This document shows positions 26,724 to 35,178 of a stretch of DNA of 64,000 bases, one piece after another (the stretch's first letter is position 1; every line of letters begins with the position of its first letter). The notes under the pieces were generated by a model. The model saw only the letters and a program-made list of their open reading frames with translations. It did not search any database and was not told where the DNA came from. Source of the stretch: Candidatus Saccharimonadia bacterium (GTDB lineage Bacteria > Patescibacteriota > Saccharimonadia > UBA4664); the NCBI GenBank assembly GCA_035544015.1, contig DATKIP010000076.1, positions 128,299 to 192,298 of the forward strand. Reading direction: 5' to 3'. Made by a program: the position numbers and the translations under genes.

Positions 26724-27311
26724 ATGGCCAACACTAATCGTCCCAGCATCAACCGACAAATAATCGCCAAGGCGGTGTTCGCCATCAGCTTGGTGGCCGT
26801 CACTGCCACCGTGGGCGTAGTAGGCTTCGCGCAGGCCGACCGGAGCACCACGCCCGTCGCTGCCCGCGACGGCTACGGCGGCATAGCCGAGCAAATCCGG
26901 GCGGCCGTTGATGCCCTCAATCAAGCCCTCGCTGCTGCCAATGACAAATTCCAGACCGACATCCAGAAGTGTGTCGACGATCACCTAGGCGGCCAGTCCA
27001 CCGTCGTGTCCAACTTCCGCTCATCCTCCACGAGCGCTATAGGTGATCTCAGCGCCAAAGCCGCCAGTCCCGCTGCGCTCAGTTCCGACGCCAAACTCGA
27101 TACCACGTTCAAGGCCGCCAATGCCCAGCTCCAATCGCGTCTCGACGGCGATGAAGCGCTCATGGTCGCGCAAGCTACCGCTTCTGGTCGCCTGTCCAAT
27201 CAAAACACCTTCCGCGCCTGCATCCGAACCGCCCGCAACACCTACCGCGATGCCATTAATGACGCGCTCAGGACCTTCCGCAAGGCTATCCACGATATCC
27301 TGCACCCCTAG
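26724..27311 (+). CDS. secreted/membrane-anchored hypothetical protein
   Basis: Perfect SD AAGGAGGTGATC upstream. N-terminal TM/signal segment AVFAISLVAVTATVGVVGFA. Confidence 0.6.
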   Translation: MANTNRPSINRQIIAKAVFAISLVAVTATVGVVGFAQADRSTTPVAARDGYGGIAEQIRAAVDALNQALAAANDKFQTDIQKCVDDHLGGQSTVVSNFRSSSTSAIGDLSAKAASPAALSSDAKLDTTFKAANAQLQSRLDGDEALMVAQATASGRLSNQNTFRACIRTARNTYRDAINDALRTFRKAIHDILHP

Positions 27312-27340
27312 TCGGTCTCAAATGGTGCTACACTAAAGAA

Positions 27341-28753
27341 ATGTTAGCTGCATCATTCAAACGCACCAAAATTATCGCCACCATTGGCCCCGCCTCTAAC
27401 TCCCCGCAAGTACTGGAACAACTCATGCTTGCGGGGGTTAATGCGTTCCGCCTTAACTTTTCGCATGGCACCCAAGAGGAGCACGGCGAAGTCCTCAAGA
27501 TTGCCCGCAAACTCAGTGCCAAGCATGAGCGCCCCGTCGCCGTCATCGCCGACCTTCAGGGCCCCAAGATCCGCGTCGGCACTTTGCCGGCCGACGGCCT
27601 GCCGTTCGTCCGCGATAATTTGGTGCGGTTCCAATATGGAGCCACGTTTGACTCCACTGGCATCATTCCCGTGCAACATGATATTTCGCGCTACCTCAAA
27701 AAAGGCGAGCGCATTTTTCTGCGCGATGGCATGATCCAGATTGAAGTTCACAAAATCGAAAAAGGCCTTATCACCGGCCAAGTTCTCACGCCCGGCCTCC
27801 TCTACTCCAACCAAGGCATGAACCTACCCGACTCTGATCTTGGCGGCGACATCCTCACCTCCAAGGACATATCCGACATTGAATTCGCGGTGAAGGCCAA
27901 GGCCGATTACATCGCCCTCTCCTTTGTTCAGACGGCCCAAGATATCCTGAGTCTCAAGGAGCGGCTAGCCAAATTCGGCTCCGATCTGCGCGTGATTGCC
28001 AAGGTCGAAACCGCCGCCGCCGTCGCCAACCTCGAAGAGATCGTGATCGCTAGCGACGCTCTCATGGTGGCCCGCGGCGACCTGGCCGTCGAAACCATGC
28101 CCGAGGCCGTACCCGCTGTGCAGCGTCGCATGATCGAGCTGGCGAAGCATCATCGCAAGACCGTCATCGTGGCCACTCAAATGCTCGAGAGCATGATTCA
28201 ATCCCCGCAACCCACCCGCGCCGAAGTGTCAGACGTGGCCACCGCTGTCATGGAGGGCACCGACGCCGTGATGCTCTCCGGCGAAACCGCCATGGGCCTC
28301 TTCCCGGTCGAAACCGTGCGCATGATGAAGCGCGTCATCCTTTATGCCGAGCGCGAAGAAAACCACGTCCACATGGGCGATCACGTGGAGTTTGTGGGCG
28401 GAGAACCCGCCAACGCCATCTCCGCCGCCGCCGTGGTACTGGCCCATCAGCTGCCCGCCAAAGTCATCGTGGCCGAAACCAGCTCTGGCCAAACCGCCCG
28501 CAACATTTCCGCCCTGCGTCCCAACGTGCCCATCATCATGGTGACCGATCACGAGCGGGTCTACTACCAAATGGCTATCGTCTGGGGCGGCAAATCCTAT
28601 CTCGCCGAATCCATGGAAGACGCCACCGACCACGTCCTGCGCCTGCTCAAATCCGCCGGCAACATTCACAAAGGCGACAACGCCGTCGTAGCTTCTGGCA
28701 ATCAGCCAGGACTCATCGGCGGCACCGACAAGGTTGTCATCAAGGTCGCCTAG
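27341..28753 (+). CDS. pyk: pyruvate kinase
   Basis: TKIIATIGPAS start. NFSHG motif. DLQGPKIR motif. Full-length 470 aa. Confidence 0.9.
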   Translation: MLAASFKRTKIIATIGPASNSPQVLEQLMLAGVNAFRLNFSHGTQEEHGEVLKIARKLSAKHERPVAVIADLQGPKIRVGTLPADGLPFVRDNLVRFQYGATFDSTGIIPVQHDISRYLKKGERIFLRDGMIQIEVHKIEKGLITGQVLTPGLLYSNQGMNLPDSDLGGDILTSKDISDIEFAVKAKADYIALSFVQTAQDILSLKERLAKFGSDLRVIAKVETAAAVANLEEIVIASDALMVARGDLAVETMPEAVPAVQRRMIELAKHHRKTVIVATQMLESMIQSPQPTRAEVSDVATAVMEGTDAVMLSGETAMGLFPVETVRMMKRVILYAEREENHVHMGDHVEFVGGEPANAISAAAVVLAHQLPAKVIVAETSSGQTARNISALRPNVPIIMVTDHERVYYQMAIVWGGKSYLAESMEDATDHVLRLLKSAGNIHKGDNAVVASGNQPGLIGGTDKVVIKVA

Positions 28754-29037
28754 CGCCAACCCAGCCGAGCCCGGCTCAATTCCACAGCTCGCCCCAACGT
28801 GCGCGCTTCCAGCTCCAACCGCCGCCGGCCTTTGTCGGTGAGCCGGTAAGTTGTGTCCGTTCGCTCGAGCAGCCCTGTTCGGACCAAGCTAGCCAAACTT
28901 TCATACAACGTCCCGTCTGCCAAATACATTCCAACCGTGTCCTCCAAAATTTGTCGGCGCACACTCGCACCCCGCAAGGGTCCCTCTGCCAAGGCCAATA
29001 ATAGATAAAACTTTGTCGACTCCAGTGGACCTGTCAT
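28750..29037 (-). CDS. PadR-family transcriptional regulator
   Basis: YLLLALAEGPLRGASV...GTLYESLASLVRTGLLER winged-helix pattern. Confidence 0.8.
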   Translation of the reverse strand: MTGPLESTKFYLLLALAEGPLRGASVRRQILEDTVGMYLADGTLYESLASLVRTGLLERTDTTYRLTDKGRRRLELEARTLGRAVELSRARLGWR

Positions 29038-29066
29038 GACGCTCCTTCCGACTCACGCATCGTGCC

Positions 29067-29148
29067 ATTGTAACGGAATCCGAGGGTTTCTCAATTACTT
29101 ACGCTCACACTCGCCAGAAATCCTCGGATTCCGTTACACCCTATCCAT
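29067..29148. promoter_or_regulatory. 16-bp perfect inverted repeat GTAACGGAATCCGAGG / CCTCGGATTCCGTTAC in the padR-pgk divergent region (candidate PadR operator or hairpin)
   Basis: Read directly. The arms are at 29071-29086 and 29131-29146. Confidence 0.45.
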
Positions 29149-29198
29149 GAGCGTGCTTCGAAACAGACAGTAGTCAAAAAATCCACTACACTAACCAT

Positions 29199-30404
29199 AT
29201 GAACAAGCAAACCATCCGCGACATTGATGTCCAAAATAAAACCATTTTCGCTCGCCTCGATTGGAACGTCCCGGTCGAAAACGGCGCCGTCACCGACGCC
29301 TTTCGCATCGAAGCCACCCGCTCCACCCTGGAGTACCTCTGGAGTAAAAACTGCAAAATAGTCATCGCGAGCCACCTCGGCCGCCCCGATGGTAAGCCTG
29401 ATCCCAAATTTAGCCTCGAACCAGTAGCCCAAAAAGCTGCCGAAGTATTGGGCCGGCCAGTGAAATTCGTGTCCGATTGCGTCGGCCCCGAAGCCGAAGC
29501 AGCCGTGGCCGCCCTCCAGCTCGGCGGCATGCTGTGCCTCGAAAACGTGCGCTTCCATCGCGAAGAAGAAGCCAACGACCCCGCCTTCGCCAAGCAGCTG
29601 GCCGCTTTCGGCGACATCTTCGTCTACGACGCCTTTGCTTCCTATCGCCCGCACGCCTCCACCGAAGGCATTTCGCACTACCTGCCCGCCGTGGCCGGCC
29701 TGCTGGTGGAGCGCGAAGTCGACACCATTACCGGGGCCGTCGAGCATCCCAACCGCCCGCTCGTGGCCGTGATCGGCGGCGCCAAAGTCTCCACCAAGCT
29801 CGAGATTCTCACCAACCTCATTCCCAAAGTCGACGCCATGCTGCTCACCGGCCCCATCGCCAACACGTTTGCGCTCGTGCAGGGTACCAATATCGGCCTC
29901 AGCGTAGCCGAGCGCGACGCCGAAGCCGACGTCAAAAAGCTCCTGGCCATAGCCGAGAGCGAAAACACCCACCTCGTGCTCCCGGCCGACGTCATGGTCT
30001 CAGAAAGCCTTACCGAAGCCAAAAACCTGCACCAAACGCCCCTAGCCGGCGTAGGCGCCAAAGAGTATATCGTGGATGCCGCCCCAAACTACGGCGCCCG
30101 CCTCAAGTCCGAAATCTACGATTTCCTCGATTTTGACGGCAAATCCACCGTCATCTGGAACGGACCGCTCGGCATCACCGAGGTCAAAGAATTTCGCGCC
30201 GGCTCCCGCGCCATGGCCGACGCCATCATCGCGTCCAAGGCCGTCTCGATCATCGGCGGCGGCGACACCGCCGATTTCATCGACGGCGAAGGCCTGCACG
30301 ACCAATTCACCTGGGTCTCCACCGGCGGCGGCGCCAGCCTCGAGCTCATGAGCGGCAAAGGCCTGGCCTGCGTCGACGCCCTGCTCGACAAACAATTGGC
30401 ATAA
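29199..30404 (+). CDS. pgk: phosphoglycerate kinase
   Basis: Full-length 401 aa with conserved PGK N- and C-terminal motifs (RxDxNVP, GGGA...G). Confidence 0.9.
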   Translation: MNKQTIRDIDVQNKTIFARLDWNVPVENGAVTDAFRIEATRSTLEYLWSKNCKIVIASHLGRPDGKPDPKFSLEPVAQKAAEVLGRPVKFVSDCVGPEAEAAVAALQLGGMLCLENVRFHREEEANDPAFAKQLAAFGDIFVYDAFASYRPHASTEGISHYLPAVAGLLVEREVDTITGAVEHPNRPLVAVIGGAKVSTKLEILTNLIPKVDAMLLTGPIANTFALVQGTNIGLSVAERDAEADVKKLLAIAESENTHLVLPADVMVSESLTEAKNLHQTPLAGVGAKEYIVDAAPNYGARLKSEIYDFLDFDGKSTVIWNGPLGITEVKEFRAGSRAMADAIIASKAVSIIGGGDTADFIDGEGLHDQFTWVSTGGGASLELMSGKGLACVDALLDKQLA

Positions 30405-30424
30405 GCGTTACTATAGCGAAGAAG

Positions 30425-31192
30425 ATGAAGCGCCTCATAGTTGCCAACTGGAAGATGAACCTGGGCCCGGGCGAGGCCAGCTTGCTCATGCGCCGGCTCG
30501 ATGAGCACATTGAAGCCAAATCCAGCACCGAAATCGTCATTTGCCCGCCGGCTATCGATCTCTACCCGCTGGCCAAAGACCTCGACCGCAAGAAATTTAA
30601 GCTCGGCGCTCAAAACGTCCATTACCTCGATTCCGGCCCCTACACCGGCGAAATCTCTCCCGCCATGCTCGCCGGCCTAGCCGATTACGTCATTGTCGGA
30701 CACTCCGAGCGCCGGGCGATGGGGGAGGATGACTCGCTCATCGCCGCCAAGCTGTCCGCTGCGGTGCGCAACAACCTCACGCCCGTGCTGTGCATCGGCG
30801 AAAATCTCCACGACCACCAGCACAACCTCGCCGAGCGTGTCGTGGTCGATCAACTCACGGCCGCGCTCGCCAACCTCACGGCCGACGATATTGCCGGCCT
30901 GGTCATCGCCTACGAGCCGGTGTGGGCCATCAATCACCACGACGGCCATCCGCCGCGCCCCGCCACCCCCGACGATATCCGTTTTGCTTACCGCGCCATC
31001 CGCACCACCCTCGAGGAACTCTACGGCGAAGGCGGCCTCGCGGGCGTCCGGCTGCTCTACGGCGGCAGTGTCGACCCCGACCACTGCCGGGCCTACCTAG
31101 AAATGGATCACGTCGACGGCCTCTTGCCCGGCACCTCCAGCCTCAACTACGAATCGTTCGCCAAAATCGTCAAAACCGTCCAAAGCCTGTAA
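30425..31192 (+). CDS. tpiA: triosephosphate isomerase (atypical loop 6)
   Basis: Motifs ANWKMN, VGHSERR, AYEPVWAI and LYGGSV are present. The canonical lid GTGK is replaced by NHHDGHPPRP. Confidence 0.85.
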   Translation: MKRLIVANWKMNLGPGEASLLMRRLDEHIEAKSSTEIVICPPAIDLYPLAKDLDRKKFKLGAQNVHYLDSGPYTGEISPAMLAGLADYVIVGHSERRAMGEDDSLIAAKLSAAVRNNLTPVLCIGENLHDHQHNLAERVVVDQLTAALANLTADDIAGLVIAYEPVWAINHHDGHPPRPATPDDIRFAYRAIRTTLEELYGEGGLAGVRLLYGGSVDPDHCRAYLEMDHVDGLLPGTSSLNYESFAKIVKTVQSL

Positions 31193-31204
31193 AATAGTTC
31201 CATT

Positions 31205-31639
31205 GTGGTAAAACCCGAGCTAACAGTTAAAGATTTTCGCAAGCTCATCGAGCTCGCCTACCTGGGCGAATGGATGATTAATGCCCAGCACGACCCCGAC
31301 TTTCAAGACGAAGCCGCCTCGAGCGTTGTGGAAAAACTGCTAGCCGCGCACAAGTTTCCCGACATCGGGCTTGATGCCGAAACCGGCGAACACTTCATCG
31401 AAGCCGAATGGACCCAGCGCCTCTACGACCAATATATTCTCGATTACGACGATCATGTTTTCTGGGATGAACTCACTGAGCGGCTGGCGCAGCGAGATCT
31501 AGCCCGCGAACGCGGCGTGGAAGTCGAACAGCTCAATCGCGACGACGATCTGGGTGAGCTGCGCCCGCTCGAGGAACATTACCGCACCGAGCTCGAAGAA
31601 CACGGCCTCGACCGCCTCGAAATTAGCCCTCGTTTTTAA
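31205..31639 (+). CDS. acidic hypothetical protein (GTG start; alternative ATG at 31274)
   Basis: ORF with protein-like composition. No SD. Confidence 0.4.
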   Translation: MVKPELTVKDFRKLIELAYLGEWMINAQHDPDFQDEAASSVVEKLLAAHKFPDIGLDAETGEHFIEAEWTQRLYDQYILDYDDHVFWDELTERLAQRDLARERGVEVEQLNRDDDLGELRPLEEHYRTELEEHGLDRLEISPRF

Positions 31640-31688
31640 AAATTAGCCCATTCGTACCTAGCATAAGTGGTATGGTATGCTGGTTAGT

Positions 31689-32996
31689 ATGAAATGCTCA
31701 AATTGCGGCAACGACATGGTGCAATCCAAGGCCGGCTGGCTCTGCCCCGAATGCGGGCATATGGAAACGCTGACCGACGCCGATAAAGCCCAGACCGAAG
31801 CCAAACTGCCCGAGGTTTTGGGGCGCCCGGCCCCCGCAGCCGCACCGGCCGCCAGCCCCCGGGCCAAATCTGACGATATCGAGGAGACCAAAACCATGCC
31901 GGATGCCACCACAGACGCCGCCAAGCCAAAGCCCGAAGACGCCCCACAAATCGAAAACCACGACAAGCCCACCGACGACCCCACGCCCGAGGCGGAGGAC
32001 CCTAAGCTCGCGGTGGCCGAAGTTTCGGGAGGCGAGGCAGTCGAGGAGGTCCTGCAGAAATCCATTGCCGAAATCGAAAATAATCCCAAACCAGAGCCGC
32101 AAACGGCTTTATCATCGAGCCCCGCAGTGGCCACCGCGCTGAGCGGCGCCACGCCGGAGCCCCAGCCGGCAGATGAACCAGCCGCCGACGAGGGCGACCA
32201 GACCGCCGACACCGAGCCCGCACCCGAGCCCGACCCAGCGCCCGAGCCCGAACCAGCCCCGGAACCCGAGCCAGCCCCCGAACCACCCGCCCAACCCATG
32301 CCCCCGCCGGCGCCCGCGCCCGTACCCACGCCGCCGCCCGCCGCCGTTGCCGAGCCGGTCCCGGTGGTCGCCGACACCGCGCCGACCCCTGCGCCTCCGC
32401 CTCCCGCGGCGCCCGCACCGGCCGGCGGCGCGCCAGTCCAGCCCGCTACGCACCCCCAGCCTCTCTCGAAAGGCCGCACAGTCGCCCTCATTATCACGTT
32501 TGTCGTGCTGCTCGTGATCGGCGGTGCCGCGGCGTACGCCGTCATCGCCAAGCCCACCCTGCCTTCGTGGGTGCCGGGTACCAAAGCCAGCCCCACACCG
32601 ACCCCCGCGCCCAAAACCAGCTCGGCCGATTCGTCGGTGCTCGACGCCACTGCTACCCCCGCGCCGACCGCTCTGCCCACGCCCGATCCTGCCGCCGCCA
32701 ACGCTCAGCGCCAATCCGACCTCGCCGCCTACGCCGCCGCTTACAAAGCCACTGCCGCCGGCGGCTTCTACGCCGTAACCCCGCCGGCCGTTTCCGTCAG
32801 CGCCGCCGACCCCACCACCGGCCAGCCTTACGTCATTACCAAAGATGCCGCCATCACCGTGGGTCAAATCCGCTACTGGCCCGGTGGCGCTTGCTCCGGC
32901 CCTGGCGTTACCCCCGGCGCCACCGGTACTCGCAAACTCGCGCTGCAAACCCTGCTCGAAGGCACCTCGGTTCCCACTTGCCTCGACGTTAAATAA
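31689..32996 (+). CDS. zinc-ribbon (CxxC..CxxC) membrane protein with PEPEPA low-complexity linker and extracellular C-terminal domain
   Basis: Zinc-ribbon motif MKCSNCGNDM...CPECGH. TM helice ALIITFVVLLVIGGAAAYAVIA. Alternative start at 31677. Confidence 0.6.
   Translation: MKCSNCGNDMVQSKAGWLCPECGHMETLTDADKAQTEAKLPEVLGRPAPAAAPAASPRAKSDDIEETKTMPDATTDAAKPKPEDAPQIENHDKPTDDPTPEAEDPKLAVAEVSGGEAVEEVLQKSIAEIENNPKPEPQTALSSSPAVATALSGATPEPQPADEPAADEGDQTADTEPAPEPDPAPEPEPAPEPEPAPEPPAQPMPPPAPAPVPTPPPAAVAEPVPVVADTAPTPAPPPPAAPAPAGGAPVQPATHPQPLSKGRTVALIITFVVLLVIGGAAAYAVIAKPTLPSWVPGTKASPTPTPAPKTSSADSSVLDATATPAPTALPTPDPAAANAQRQSDLAAYAAAYKATAAGGFYAVTPPAVSVSAADPTTGQPYVITKDAAITVGQIRYWPGGACSGPGVTPGATGTRKLALQTLLEGTSVPTCLDVK
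32211..32286. repeat. tandem 12-nt repeats (CCCGAGCCCGAN) encoding PEPEPAPEPEPAPEPEPAPEP
   Basis: Read directly. Confidence 0.5.
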
Positions 32997-33093
32997 TAAT
33001 CCCGCCCATGACGAAGGCTCCGGACCTCCGTCTACGACAACGAGTCATAAACGAAGGCCGGAGCCTGTGACGCTCTCGCGGTAGCGAGAACGT

Positions 33094-33459
33094 CTACTGG
33101 GTGATAATGAGCACCAACCCGATTGCCATGCAGACCAGCCCGGCGGCGATCCACCGTAGTGACGGCCGCCGCGGTGGATTCGCTGGCTGCCACCCGGGCA
33201 GGATCGGCTCGAAGATGCCCGAGCCAAGCAGTAGGACCAAGCCGCCGAAGACGAGGGCACAGCCCCAGGCGGCCCAGTCGGAATTCCCCGCCACGAGGCG
33301 CATGATGCCAGCCGCGATAGCCGTGAGGATGCCGACCAGGATCAGCCAGGCACCGCCGCGGGCATTCCGGCCCGGTGTGAGGGCGAACGTTGCGCCTCCA
33401 CCGATTAGCAGCGGAAGCGCCGCGTAGGCAAGAATCTCGGGCAGACTGATGGGAACCAC
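33094..33459 (-). CDS. 4-TM membrane protein
   Basis: Hydrophobic helices throughout a 121-aa ORF. Confidence 0.5.
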   Translation of the reverse strand: MVPISLPEILAYAALPLLIGGGATFALTPGRNARGGAWLILVGILTAIAAGIMRLVAGNSDWAAWGCALVFGGLVLLLGSGIFEPILPGWQPANPPRRPSLRWIAAGLVCMAIGLVLIITQ

Positions 33460-33548
33460 CTCCAGGAACGATCGGCCGCAGCCGAATATCGAACTATCAG
33501 ACTAAAATATAATACAACAAAACCAAAATAAGTCAATGTGGCAGAGCC

Positions 33549-33590
33549 CCACGAGGGGGATGCCATGCAACCGCCTCGTGGGGCTTATCG
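33549..33590 (-). terminator. hairpin agccccacgagg...cctcgtggggct followed on the minus strand by a T-rich tract
   Basis: 12-bp stem. The reverse complement gives the hairpin followed by ctgccacattgacttattttggttttg. Confidence 0.4.
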
Positions 33591-33836
33591 GTTCGGCGCC
33601 GAGCTCGCCACCAATAGGACCAACCAGAAAAGGCCAGCGAAGACACAAAACAACAGCAGCCTCCATATGGTGCGCACCCCTCGTTGACTATGGGGGGCGC
33701 CCCGACCTCTTCTTCCTCGCCAACTCATGATCTTGTAGAGTATGACTACCGCGGCAGCCAAAACCCAGATTCCGCCAGGCACGTACGGTCCCCTTCTGGT
33801 CGACTGGATCCGAACATTCTCTGATGCACTAGACAA
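33585..33836 (-). CDS. small 2-TM membrane protein
   Basis: ORF ends at the minus-strand terminator. Hydrophobic segments. Confidence 0.4.
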   Translation of the reverse strand: MSSASENVRIQSTRRGPYVPGGIWVLAAAVVILYKIMSWRGRRGRGAPHSQRGVRTIWRLLLFCVFAGLFWLVLLVASSAPNR

Positions 33837-33977
33837 TTACGCTTATGGTCCAGCGGCACCGTTGGACATCATGCTTCTCCCAAGCTCAAAAGTCAACGCC
33901 CACCCGCCCAAAAAATTAACCCCGACAACGCACGAAACCCGCGAAGGGTTCCGGCAAGCAGCCTCCTTCACGGGTGG

Positions 33978-34232
33978 TTATTCTTCGGCGAGGAAGCGGT
34001 CAAACATCTCGCCGACGTATCTGAGCTGGACCTTGACGTCTGTTCCATCGACGGTGCCGGTGTACGCCACCGTCGTCATGGGTTCATCGGCCTGGTCCTC
34101 GCCGCCGGGGACATCCGCCACCGGAATGACGTCGGTGACCATGAGGTTCACGAACCACATTCCATTGCACTCGTACGAGTGTGGCGGCAGAGCGTCGGCC
34201 TCGAGCTCGAACATGGCTGCCGCGTGCCTCAC
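33978..34232 (-). CDS. small acidic hypothetical protein
   Basis: Protein-like composition. Lies downstream of the 34309..34734 gene on the same strand. Confidence 0.35.
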   Translation of the reverse strand: MRHAAAMFELEADALPPHSYECNGMWFVNLMVTDVIPVADVPGGEDQADEPMTTVAYTGTVDGTDVKVQLRYVGEMFDRFLAEE

Positions 34233-34308
34233 ACCATGTCTTTATCGACTGCGCCACGCGACATGATGCCGGCGACCGGGATTTCTCTCCATCCCATCCG
34301 GGACTCCT

Positions 34309-34734
34309 CTAGGAGAAAGTCAGTCTCGCCATAATGAAACTGCCGTCGTCCCGCTGGCGGTACTCCAACCTTACCTCCACCGCGCCAACCCGGTCTGAGT
34401 GGAGCGAGCAGATGATCACGTGCGACCCCGCCTCGACGTCTTCACCGTACGACCGTGGGTGCAGCCGGTACTGACGGGTGTAATTGTGCCCGCCTCCGTA
34501 CACAGTGTGCTCCGCGACCGGCGCACCCATCGAGTTTGAGCCGTGGCCCTGGTACGCCAATCGGTAAAACAGCGCCCAGAACCCCGATGTGTCTCCCGGC
34601 CCATCGGGCCAGACGAATCGCAACAACTCCCTCCCGTTCGCCGCCGCCTCTCGCGTCTCGTGGATGAACTGCTCGGCAGTGGCCGGTGAGTCGGCGGACG
34701 GTATGGTGAAGTGAGAAACCGGCTTAGACAGCAT
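34309..34734 (-). CDS. hypothetical protein (start trimmed to MLSKPVS)
   Basis: AGGAGG SD 6 nt upstream of the ATG at 34734. The ORF track extends it to 34854. Confidence 0.5.
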   Translation of the reverse strand: MLSKPVSHFTIPSADSPATAEQFIHETREAAANGRELLRFVWPDGPGDTSGFWALFYRLAYQGHGSNSMGAPVAEHTVYGGGHNYTRQYRLHPRSYGEDVEAGSHVIICSLHSDRVGAVEVRLEYRQRDDGSFIMARLTFS

Positions 34735-35178
34735 GGGACTCCTCCTGAAACAGTTGACGATTTTTGCCGGAGCTACCGGCCGGGGCTCCGAGACGACGAA
34801 GCCAGCCACCAGATGAGGCAGATAACGAGAACCACGACGATCGCCCTCGTCCATCCGGACAGGCGCCCACCCGGACGGGTTGTCTCCTCGGCCGAGACTC
34901 CCCTACTACTGCCTACATTTGCCAGTATCAAAAGCGCGGTCAGGGCCACGATGATCCCGGACAAAGGCGAGAACGGGCGGCCGGTATGCTGAAGGTTGTA
35001 TTTATATCGAGATACATCGCCACAGCGCCGGCCAAAATGGTGACTACCATCCTTGTGCCTCCTCCGTCTCGTCGGCCGCTACCGGCCCGGTACGATTCGA
35101 TGTCGAATCTCGCTCATAATGCTAATATCCGATGCAAAAGTCAACCTAGTTCGGTCGCGTTCGGTACGCTAAAATCAG

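Noticed and set aside
32211-32286. Possible CRISPR array (short tandem repeats here, at 13795-13899, and the hairpin repeats at 22.7-24 kb)
   Set aside because: The repeats are contiguous 12- or 21-nt in-frame coding repeats, or dispersed hairpins separated by whole genes. There is no repeat-spacer periodicity and no cas genes.
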